Below, in pieces: positions 7,595 through 13,841 of a DNA stretch of 41,330 nucleotides. The DNA lies in IMG/VR virus record IMGVR_UViG_3300045988_084973, one strand, 5' to 3'. This DNA is from a virus. The notes under the pieces were generated by a model. That model was given only the letters and a program-made list of their open reading frames with translations, made no database searches and was not told the origin of the DNA. How positions within the stretch are numbered: position 1 is the stretch's first letter; every line of letters starts with the position of its first letter. Position numbers and translations under genes: made by a program.

Positions 7595-8353
7595 ATGAGT
7601 CTTTCTTCGGACGGCACTGTAATGACGATGCCTGTTCAGCCCGCAAATACCAACAGCGGCAACGGCTGGGGTTTTGGAGGCGACGGCGCGTGGTGGATTA
7701 TTATTCTGTTCTTGTTCGTATTTTGCGGCTGGGGCGGTAACTGGGGTGGCAATGGCGGCTTTGGTGCTGGCAACGGCGCTGGGGTGGTTGACGGCTATGT
7801 GCTGACCTCTGATTTCGCCAACGTTGAGCGAAAAATCGACAGTGTGAACGATGGCCTGTGCAATGGTTTCTACCAGCAGGCGCAGCTTGTAAACGGTGTG
7901 CAGAACGCTATGCAGCAGGGCTTTATGTCGGCTGAAATCAGCCGTGCAAATCAGCAGGCGGCGTTTATGCAGCAGCTGAATGCCATGCAGATGCAGCAGG
8001 CCAACTGCTGCTGCGAGACCCGCGCAGCAATCCAGGGAGTGAATTACAACCTGGCCACGCAGGCATGCGAGACCCGGCAGAGCATCAACACTGGTACGCG
8101 CGACATCATCGACAACCAGAACGCCAACGCAAGAGCGATTCTTGACGCGATGACCGCACAGCGCATCGAAGCTAAGGACGCCAAGATTGCCGAGCAGAAC
8201 CAGCAGATTTTCGCTGCTCAGCTTGCCGCAAGTCAGGCGGCGCAGAACAGCTATCTGCTGAACCAGCTGCGCCCATTGCCTGTGCCCGCCTACCAGTCTT
8301 GCAACCCCTGGGCAGCTGGCACTTATAACGGCTGCAACGGCTGCGGCTGCTAA
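7595..8353 (+). CDS. Membrane protein with a Gly/Trp-rich segment flanking one TM helix, a Gln/Asn-rich coiled coil and a Cys-rich C-terminus
   Basis: AAAGGAGAATAAC RBS. GWGFGGDGAWWIIILFLFVFCGWGGNWGGNGGFGAGNG, NCCCETR, C-terminal NGCNGCGC. Confidence 0.65.
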   Translation: MSLSSDGTVMTMPVQPANTNSGNGWGFGGDGAWWIIILFLFVFCGWGGNWGGNGGFGAGNGAGVVDGYVLTSDFANVERKIDSVNDGLCNGFYQQAQLVNGVQNAMQQGFMSAEISRANQQAAFMQQLNAMQMQQANCCCETRAAIQGVNYNLATQACETRQSINTGTRDIIDNQNANARAILDAMTAQRIEAKDAKIAEQNQQIFAAQLAASQAAQNSYLLNQLRPLPVPAYQSCNPWAAGTYNGCNGCGC

Positions 8354-8464
8354 AACCGAATACGGCAACTTGTCGGAACAGCCGACATGTTCGGCCCCGT
8401 GCCGATGATGCAAAATGTGGCGGGGCAATCGTCCCGCCACTATTTTTTTGAAAGGAATGATTTT

Positions 8465-8887
8465 ATGGCTGAATTTACAAACGCCAATACCGTAAGCGTG
8501 GCAGCAGGCCAGAACGTGCCACTGACGGAAACGGCAGTAGCGGGTAAGGGCTGTGTCGTACACAGAGAGGGCGCCGGTATTGTTACGCTGCGCGGCATTA
8601 CAAACCAGTGCAAAGCCCGTTTCAAAGTAGGATTTGGTGCAAACATTGCTATCCCTACCGGCGGCACAGTGGAAGCTATTACGGCTGCACTTTCCATCAA
8701 CGGAGAACCGCTGAACAGTGCGAGTGCAATCGTGACACCGGCAGCAGTAGAAAACTATTTTAATATTTACGTCACGGCTTTTGTTGAAGTTCCGCGCGGC
8801 TGCTGCCTTACCGTTGCCGCCGAAAACACAAGCACACAAACCGTTTTGTTTGCGAACGCAAACTTTATGGTTGAGAGAGTGAGCTGA
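8465..8887 (+). CDS. Small beta-rich protein. Pattern-level resemblance to BclA C-terminal / C1q-TNF-like jelly-roll domains (tentative).
   Basis: 140 aa. QNVPLTETAV..ARFKVGFGANIA..LSINGEPL..ANANFMVERV. Confidence 0.6.
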   Translation: MAEFTNANTVSVAAGQNVPLTETAVAGKGCVVHREGAGIVTLRGITNQCKARFKVGFGANIAIPTGGTVEAITAALSINGEPLNSASAIVTPAAVENYFNIYVTAFVEVPRGCCLTVAAENTSTQTVLFANANFMVERVS

Positions 8888-8900
8888 AAGGAGCGCTATT

Positions 8901-9296
8901 ATGAGTATGAAAGTTATGTACGATTTAAAGGACATGCTGTGCGCAGAGCTTGACGAAATCGGCAAAAAAGGCGAAATGTCTGCTGGCGACTTGGAAACTG
9001 TTCACAAGCTGACTGACACCATCAAAAACATCGACAAAATTGTCATGCTGGAAGATGACGGCTACAGCCGAGATGAAGATTACAGCCGGGATGGTGATTG
9101 GGGCACCAATATGCGCGGCAATTATGGACGCGGAAGCAGCTATGCGCGGCGCGGTTCGCATTATGTGCGCGGCCATTACAGCCGAGACGATGCGCGAGAC
9201 AGCATGATGCGAAAGCTGGAAGACATGTTGCGAAACGTCGATGGATACGACCGCGAGACTATCCAGCATTGCATCGATGAACTGAAAAACACTTGA
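8901..9296 (+). CDS. Hypothetical protein with an Arg/Gly/Tyr/Asp-rich disordered centre
   Basis: AAAGGAG RBS. 131 aa, YSRDEDYSRDGDWG..GSSYARRGSHYVRGHYSRDD. Confidence 0.6.
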   Translation: MSMKVMYDLKDMLCAELDEIGKKGEMSAGDLETVHKLTDTIKNIDKIVMLEDDGYSRDEDYSRDGDWGTNMRGNYGRGSSYARRGSHYVRGHYSRDDARDSMMRKLEDMLRNVDGYDRETIQHCIDELKNT

Positions 9297-9310
9297 CGGG
9301 GGTGGCGGCT

Positions 9311-9664
9311 ATGGTGGACGTGCGAGAGATTGACGGCGCTATAGCCGAAATCGAAAATAGCGAACTTACCATGACCAGAGTTAAAAATCTGGCGGCGCTG
9401 TATGTTGTGAAAAATCAGCAACTTGCAGATGTATCCCCTGCCCCACAAAAAGCAGAATGGCAAGAGCCTGCGCGTTACTACGAAGCGGCAGAGCCACCCA
9501 CAAGGGCTGCTGTTGGCGGCAGTGACTTTTTGCAGGCTGTGTCAAACGTAGACACCACAGCGGCGCTGAACGTGCTGGATGAGCTTATGTCGGCCTTGTA
9601 TGTAACAAACCCTAAAGTTTATAATGGCGTAATGCGGAAATTGGAGCGTTTACAGGATGAGTGA
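9311..9664 (+). CDS. Hypothetical protein (accessory cassette)
   Basis: 117 aa counted from the internal ATG after GGGGGTGG. C-terminal motif is shared with the next small ORF. Confidence 0.55.
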   Translation: MVDVREIDGAIAEIENSELTMTRVKNLAALYVVKNQQLADVSPAPQKAEWQEPARYYEAAEPPTRAAVGGSDFLQAVSNVDTTAALNVLDELMSALYVTNPKVYNGVMRKLERLQDE

Positions 9665-9794
9665 ATTTTTGGAGATTGTAAACAAGGCCGATACCGGGCG
9701 AGTGTGGCGTGTGCTGGATGAGTTTATGGATGCGCTGAAAGAAGCACGGCCGGAAGTGTATAACGATTTGGTACACAGCTTGCAGAGAAAATAA
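9657..9794 (+). CDS. 45-aa hypothetical protein, paralogous to the C-terminus of 9311..9664
   Basis: MSEFLEIVNKADTGRVWRVLDEFMDALKEARPEVYNDLVHSLQRK compared with ..ALNVLDELMSALYVTNPKVYNGVMRKLERLQ. Confidence 0.4.
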   Translation: MSEFLEIVNKADTGRVWRVLDEFMDALKEARPEVYNDLVHSLQRK

Positions 9795-9796
9795 GC

Positions 9797-9819
9797 AAGT
9801 GTGTACTAAAGTGTGTACT
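9797..9819 (+). repeat. Two tandem copies of AAGTGTGTACT; candidate integrase arm-type sites (P arm)
   Basis: Copies at 9797..9807 and 9809..9819. The same 11-mer recurs twice at 9993..10016. Confidence 0.6.
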
Positions 9820-9829
9820 TGAAAAAGGA

Positions 9830-9866
9830 AACACCGTAGATTTCAACGAATCTACGGTGTTTTTTG
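9830..9866 (+). terminator. Rho-independent terminator closing the accessory cassette
   Basis: AACACCGTAGA / TCTACGGTGTT stem followed by TTTTT. Confidence 0.8.
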
Positions 9867-9892
9867 TGGTGGAGGATGGGGGACTCGAACCC
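9867..9892 (-). other. attP core candidate: a 3'-terminal fragment of a tRNA gene (T-loop, acceptor 3' strand, ACCA)
   Basis: The reverse complement reads GGGTTCGAGTCCCCCATCCTCCACCA. Sequence further 5' does not fold into D or anticodon arms, so only the 3' end of a tRNA is present. Confidence 0.7.
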
Positions 9893-9992
9893 TGACGGAT
9901 TAAAACCCGCCCGTTCCAAATCATCGTATTGCCGCTATTTATTCAACGCGCCGTTTTGCATTTCCGCCCCTAAAAAACGTCCCCACAGAAAA

Positions 9993-10016
9993 AAGTGTGT
10001 ACTAAAAGTGTGTACT
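9993..10016 (+). repeat. Two more copies of AAGTGTGTACT; candidate arm-type sites (P' arm), overlapping the integrase stop codon
   Basis: Copies at 9993..10003 and 10006..10016, in the same orientation as 9797..9819. Confidence 0.6.
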
Positions 10017-11081
10017 TTTTACAATCTCATCAAAGACGTTTTCAAGGTTGTTTGCAATCGCTCTGTCCTGTCCATTGATCGCATGAGAATATACCCCGTA
10101 GGTGTCCATGTTTCGGCTGTGTCCTACAGTCTGTTTCAGCTGCCCCATCGGCAGGTTTGCCGCAATGCTGACGAATGTGTGCCGCAGCTCGTACAAGGTG
10201 CATTTTGTAATGCCGTTTGCCTCGCAGTATCGCTCCCACCCCCGCCGGACGTTCCGTTCTTCCTCTTGGATGAACACCCGTTGCTGCATTCCGGTCAACT
10301 CTTTCTGTGCTTCCAGCTCGGCCATCGACCGCGCCGACAGCACGACAGCGCGCGGTGCATTTTCGTTTTTCCCTCTTGTTTCCCTTTTATATATAGTAAC
10401 TGATCTGTGTATCAATGCTTTCCCGTCCTGGATGTCGCCCCATTCAAGGCCCAGCAGCTCGCCGGGCCTCATCCCGGTAAACACTGCCAGCCGGTAATAA
10501 TGGATGCGTTCATCCGGCACCCTGCGCCCTCTGTATAAGGTAGTATCCACGTTTAAAAGCGTCACAATGTCAGACGGTTGCAGGATGGTCCGATCTTTAT
10601 AGCGCGCCCCATCTGGTACATGCAGGTCTTCCGGCTCAAATGTGGACCATCCAGACCGACGGCAGAACTTGAAGAAAGCCCGGAGATCACCTGCTATATT
10701 CTTGATTGTTTTCTTGCTCCGGCCAGCAGCAAAAGCGTCATCAAGGATGTTCTGCACTGTCTGCTCTGTGATTGCAGTCAATCGCTTGGTTCCGATTCTC
10801 GGCCCTATCCAGGCATTATACCGGCCCTGCATGGGCTTCCAGTTTCCCTCAGATGATACTTTCATCTGCCGTGTCATAAACTCAGCGTAAGCCGCCTCTA
10901 CGGTATAGGTTCGCGTCTGCAATCCCTTTTCCAGCCAGTCATCCGCCTTCTTGTTTGCTTCCCTCTGGCCGGTTCTTCCAGGCTTGGCGCTGGTAAAGGT
11001 TTTGCGCACGCCGTCTTTCTGCACGTTTATCTGCCAGCGCTGGGCAGATTCAATCCATCTCGCTGTATTTGTTCTTTTCAT
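10002..11081 (-). CDS. int: Tyrosine recombinase (phage integrase)
   Basis: 359 aa. C-terminal catalytic pattern LRHTFVS ... GHSRNMDTYGVYSH. Lies adjacent to the tRNA fragment. Confidence 0.95.
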   Translation of the reverse strand: MKRTNTARWIESAQRWQINVQKDGVRKTFTSAKPGRTGQREANKKADDWLEKGLQTRTYTVEAAYAEFMTRQMKVSSEGNWKPMQGRYNAWIGPRIGTKRLTAITEQTVQNILDDAFAAGRSKKTIKNIAGDLRAFFKFCRRSGWSTFEPEDLHVPDGARYKDRTILQPSDIVTLLNVDTTLYRGRRVPDERIHYYRLAVFTGMRPGELLGLEWGDIQDGKALIHRSVTIYKRETRGKNENAPRAVVLSARSMAELEAQKELTGMQQRVFIQEEERNVRRGWERYCEANGITKCTLYELRHTFVSIAANLPMGQLKQTVGHSRNMDTYGVYSHAINGQDRAIANNLENVFDEIVKSTHF

Positions 11082-11144
11082 ATTGCGGCTCCTTTTTTTG
11101 TGTGTTATAATAATGCCGTCAACTTTTTATGTTGACGGCTCTTT

Positions 11145-11184
11145 GCCCTTGTCGGTGGTACGAACACCGGCAGGGGCTTTTTTG
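11145..11184 (+). terminator. Strong plus-strand hairpin with a T-run (orphan terminator upstream of int)
   Basis: GCCCTTGTCGGTG / CACCGGCAGGGGC (13 bp including 2 G-U pairs) followed by TTTTTT. Confidence 0.6.
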
Positions 11185-11441
11185 TTTAGTAGCGGATAAA
11201 ACCAACAGACCCAATGCAAATATCAATAAGTTGTCGATATTGGTCATTTACAGCCTTTGACAAAAAGCATATTGTGGATGCAGTACAATTTTGGTCAAGG
11301 GGGGCAGACAAATGGAAAGGCTGGTAAACAAGCCGCCGTCCCATCATGGGCGGAAGCGACAAAAAAAGTTGTTGTCAAGTGCTGGAAATCCGATATATAG
11401 GACAGATAAAACTTGACAAATGAGTATTTTTGTAAAAGCAC

Positions 11442-11470
11442 TTGAATACAACCGTTAATTGTATTATAGT
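11442..11470 (+). promoter_or_regulatory. Sigma-70-like promoter candidate (TTGAAT, 17-nt spacer, TATAGT)
   Basis: Hexamers at 11442..11447 and 11465..11470 with a 17-nt spacer. Points antisense into 11476..11892 and toward the plus-strand ORFs at 11925..12303. Confidence 0.4.
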
Positions 11471-11475
11471 TGTAT

Positions 11476-11892
11476 TCACAACTTCTTCTGCTTGCTTTTG
11501 AGCGTTTTTACGCGATTGATATAAGAATCTCTCTTTTCAATGTAGTAAGGATTTTTTATCTTTTTTAGGATGGCGAGAGCCTTATCATACTCGCCAATTT
11601 TTATATACAAATCAGGGAGCCGGAATGTCCATTTTGAACCGCTGAACAGCAGCCCGCCGCTTTTCCAGATGCCCTCCCAAAATTCAACCAAAAACCCAAT
11701 ATCACCCGTTTTTTCAAAATAGGATTCTGCGTATTTGATTTGTTCAAGCTGCTTGTCCTGCGCTTTTAAATCGCGCTGTAACTTTCTAATTTCTGGATCA
11801 TCAAACACAACATTTTCAATCCTTTTTGATTGCGTTTGTTTAACAGGAACAAGCTTTTGCGGTTTTGGCTTCAAAAAGTCAAAAAAGCCCAT
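11476..11892 (-). CDS. Hypothetical protein in the AT-rich accessory island (possible TPR-like C-terminus)
   Basis: 138-aa ORF, MGFFDFLKPK.., ..YIKIGEYDKALAILKKI... Clearly AT-richer than the phage backbone. Confidence 0.65.
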   Translation of the reverse strand: MGFFDFLKPKPQKLVPVKQTQSKRIENVVFDDPEIRKLQRDLKAQDKQLEQIKYAESYFEKTGDIGFLVEFWEGIWKSGGLLFSGSKWTFRLPDLYIKIGEYDKALAILKKIKNPYYIEKRDSYINRVKTLKSKQKKL

Positions 11893-11924
11893 AGTATCAC
11901 AACCTTATTTAATTTGGGGGAATT

Positions 11925-12080
11925 ATGATGAAAAAAGAACCATTGACAAAAGTTGAAAAAAGTACGATACTTAGTCTAAGAGAACAGGCAAAGAAACTTA
12001 TGCGGGAACTGCCGCTCAAAGATGCTATTGCAATTTGTAATGAGGTTATAAAGGAGACAAGCAATGCGCAACAGAATTGA
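11925..12080 (+). CDS. 51-aa hypothetical protein
   Basis: GGGGGAATT then ATG. MMKKEPLTKVEKSTILSLREQAKKLMRELPLKDAIAICNEVIKETSNAQQN. Overlaps the next ORF by 17 nt. Confidence 0.35.
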   Translation: MMKKEPLTKVEKSTILSLREQAKKLMRELPLKDAIAICNEVIKETSNAQQN

Positions 12081-12303
12081 TGTCTACAATAAGTGCGATG
12101 ACAGCGAGTACAGGCAGAAAAAGGATGAAGTCGTTGAAAAAATGCTGAAACTGATTGAAGTCTCTGGCATGAACTTTTACGATGCGCAAAATCTTCCGTT
12201 AGAGCTGGACAGAGCTATTGCGGCCAGTGTAATTGCCGCACAGGGAAACACGGCGTTCCGCCCGCACAATGCCTTTAAGAGCCGGATTGATGATGCTCAA
12301 TAA
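12064..12303 (+). CDS. 79-aa hypothetical protein
   Basis: AAAGGAGACAAGCA then ATG. ORF converges on the repressor operon. Confidence 0.5.
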   Translation: MRNRIDVYNKCDDSEYRQKKDEVVEKMLKLIEVSGMNFYDAQNLPLELDRAIAASVIAAQGNTAFRPHNAFKSRIDDAQ

Positions 12304-12709
12304 GCGCAGTTACCGCACCTTTTGCAATCGTTTCAATCACAGTAAGAGACACATTGCCTACCGCTGACAAGGTGGGCTTTATTTTTTCCTGCCACGTCTG
12401 CTGATTGGAAATTGACGCAATAAAGTCATGGCCTTTTGGCGTAATATATAGGATTCCGTAAAACTCTATAGTATTTAACTGTTTGTCAATACGGTAGTCC
12501 GCCACAATATAGCCATTTTCAGCAGCCTGCAAGCAAGAATAAAACAAATCTTCCCGTGAATACCCTTTACCCTTTATAAAAGAGGATTTTTTCAGCTTAT
12601 CAGGGCTGGAACATTCAAACTCCATATTGCATTTATCATTCAGGAACAAACCGAGCTGTTCCTCAAGACCGAGCATAACATCTCGGACGCAATCAGGATT
12701 TATCTTCAT
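12275..12709 (-). CDS. DUF2513/YjcQ-like winged-helix-type protein, co-transcribed with the repressor
   Basis: MKINPDCVRDVMLGLEEQ.. N-terminus is typical of that family. Overlaps the repressor stop by 17 nt. Confidence 0.6.
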   Translation of the reverse strand: MKINPDCVRDVMLGLEEQLGLFLNDKCNMEFECSSPDKLKKSSFIKGKGYSREDLFYSCLQAAENGYIVADYRIDKQLNTIEFYGILYITPKGHDFIASISNQQTWQEKIKPTLSAVGNVSLTVIETIAKGAVTALIEHHQSGS

Positions 12710-13043
12710 TGACTTTCACCTTCTTTGCTGCGGCCATCGCAATTACCATATCAAGACCTTTGCCATCTAAAGTGTCAAGCCACTTATCTATGTCTTCATA
12801 GGAATCGAGTCTTAGCCCATCGCCTTGCGCGGTGGGCTTTTCTTTTTGCGCGGAATCGTCTCCTATGAGGTCGTCTACGGGAACGCCAAAATAGTTTGCT
12901 ACCCTTTCAAGCGTTGCTTTACGAACGTTCCCACCCTTGCCCCAGCGAGTAACAACAGACCTGTAAAATCCCATCTCTTCTGCTGCCGCACTGGGGGATA
13001 TATTTTCTTTTGCGCACAATCGAATAAAGTTGTCATAGAACAT
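12693..13043 (-). CDS. XRE-family HTH repressor (CI-like)
   Basis: AGGTGA RBS then ATG at 13043. ISPSAAAEEMGFYRSVVTRWGKGGNVRKATLERVANYFGV is an XRE-type HTH. Divergent from the early operon. Confidence 0.85.
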   Translation of the reverse strand: MFYDNFIRLCAKENISPSAAAEEMGFYRSVVTRWGKGGNVRKATLERVANYFGVPVDDLIGDDSAQKEKPTAQGDGLRLDSYEDIDKWLDTLDGKGLDMVIAMAAAKKVKVNEDKS

Positions 13044-13070
13044 ACAATTTTTCACCTAATTATTTGTGCA

Positions 13071-13098
13071 ATCATACAAACGTAAACAAAAGCAACAA
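13071..13098 (-). promoter_or_regulatory. Repressor promoter candidate (TTGTTG, 16-nt spacer, TATGAT on the minus strand)
   Basis: Reverse-complement hexamers at 13093..13098 and 13071..13076. The -35 and part of the spacer overlap the left operator half-site (13081..13096). Confidence 0.5.
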
Positions 13099-13126
13099 AA
13101 CCGCTTGACTGTTGCGTATGTTTACG
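13081..13126. promoter_or_regulatory. Operator candidate: imperfect 16-bp inverted repeat (GTAAACA-N3-GCAAC motif) bracketing the early -35 element
   Basis: CGTAAACAAAAGCAAC (13081..13096) against the reverse complement of GTTGCGTATGTTTACG (13111..13126) matches 14 of 16. A third motif copy TGTAAACATTTGCAAC lies at 13236..13251. Confidence 0.5.
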
Positions 13127-13133
13127 GTATAAT
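13105..13133 (+). promoter_or_regulatory. Early (lytic) sigma-70 promoter: TTGACT, 17-nt spacer, TATAAT
   Basis: Hexamers at 13105..13110 and 13128..13133 with a 17-nt spacer. Confidence 0.75.
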
Positions 13134-13139
13134 GGCACT

Positions 13140-13312
13140 TGTAAGGCAACAAACGCAACAAAACACCAAGCCCAGACAGCTATATGCCTGAACTAAATGC
13201 TATTACGTATCTGACAACTACAATATAGCACGTTTTGTAAACATTTGCAACACCTTACACTGCCGCGACAGCAAAAAAAATCCGTCTGCTGTTCGTTAGC
13301 AGACGGATTTTT
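13140..13312 (+). ncRNA. Candidate leader RNA or small RNA of about 170 nt, running from the early promoter to the intrinsic terminator
   Basis: Predicted start just downstream of TATAAT. The 5' TGTAAGG (13140..13146) can pair with CCTTACA (13253..13259) just before the terminator. No credible ORF. Confidence 0.35.
13273..13312. terminator. Intrinsic terminator, bidirectional in form (A-run, 10-bp stem, T-run), inside the early leader
   Basis: AAAAAAAA TCCGTCTGCT gttcgtt AGCAGACGGA TTTTT. Confidence 0.8.
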
Positions 13313-13641
13313 CCCAAAGTTTTTTACCAGAACAAGTTTGCAGCAACGGAACCGCTCAATGTGAGCGGGCAAGTACACGGTCCTTTGTGCAATGCGCATC
13401 CGCTGCTTGCAAAACGAACTTGCAATTCTGTGGACTTGCCGTAACCTTTGGCAGCTTTGGGGCAGCCGTTTAAGCCATAGCGCGTTACGCAATTTCTTTA
13501 GTCTGGAACTGGCATACTCAAAAGTTGGGTCAAGGGACGACCACCTTCCTTTCTGCCTTACTCTGGCAATTCAGATTATAGCATATTGTGTCGCGGCAGT
13601 CAATTTTGTTTACTTCTAATTTTTACTAGGGAGGTGAAAAA

Positions 13642-13836
13642 ATGCCCGAAGCTTGGACTGGTCGTTTGATTGGGAAGATGCACAACAACGACATTTCTTA
13701 TGAAGACGTAGCAAAAAAGCTCGGTTACGGCAAGCCTTACATCTGTTTGATTCTGAACAGCAAGCGTAAACCGCCTGACATTCAGAAGAAGATGGAAGCG
13801 GCTGTAAGTGAACTTATCGCGGAAAGAAAGGAGTAA
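13642..13836 (+). CDS. Small HTH protein in the Cro/Xis-like position
   Basis: GGGAGGTGAAAAA RBS. 64 aa with ISYEDVAKKLGYGKPYICLILN. Confidence 0.7.
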   Translation: MPEAWTGRLIGKMHNNDISYEDVAKKLGYGKPYICLILNSKRKPPDIQKKMEAAVSELIAERKE

Positions 13837-13841
13837 CCACC

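Noticed and set aside
7454-8965. 503-aa minus-strand ORF
   Set aside because: It spans four plus-strand cassette genes that have their own RBSs. The product is Cys/Arg/Ala-rich, and the orientation is opposite to the terminators on both sides.
9867-9950. Possible full-length tRNA gene on the minus strand at attP
   Set aside because: Only the T-loop and acceptor 3' strand fit. The expected 5' acceptor strand (GGAGGAT) is absent, and no T-stem 5' strand, anticodon arm or D arm can be built. It is therefore a 3' fragment (att core) rather than a gene.
9864-10403. 179-aa plus-strand ORF starting at the tRNA fragment
   Set aside because: It lies antisense to the integrase C-terminal catalytic domain. 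It has no RBS and begins inside the att core.
11312-11416. 34-codon ORF (MERLVNKPPSHHGRKRQKK..) behind AGGGGGG, with an upstream TTGACA...TACAAT
   Set aside because: The hexamer spacing is 21 nt, too long for sigma-70. The peptide is short, basic and unremarkable. It is kept only as a note.
13193-13492. 99-aa minus-strand ORF in the early leader
   Set aside because: The product is Cys/Arg-rich. The ORF spans the bidirectional terminator and has no RBS, so the region is better explained as a regulatory leader.
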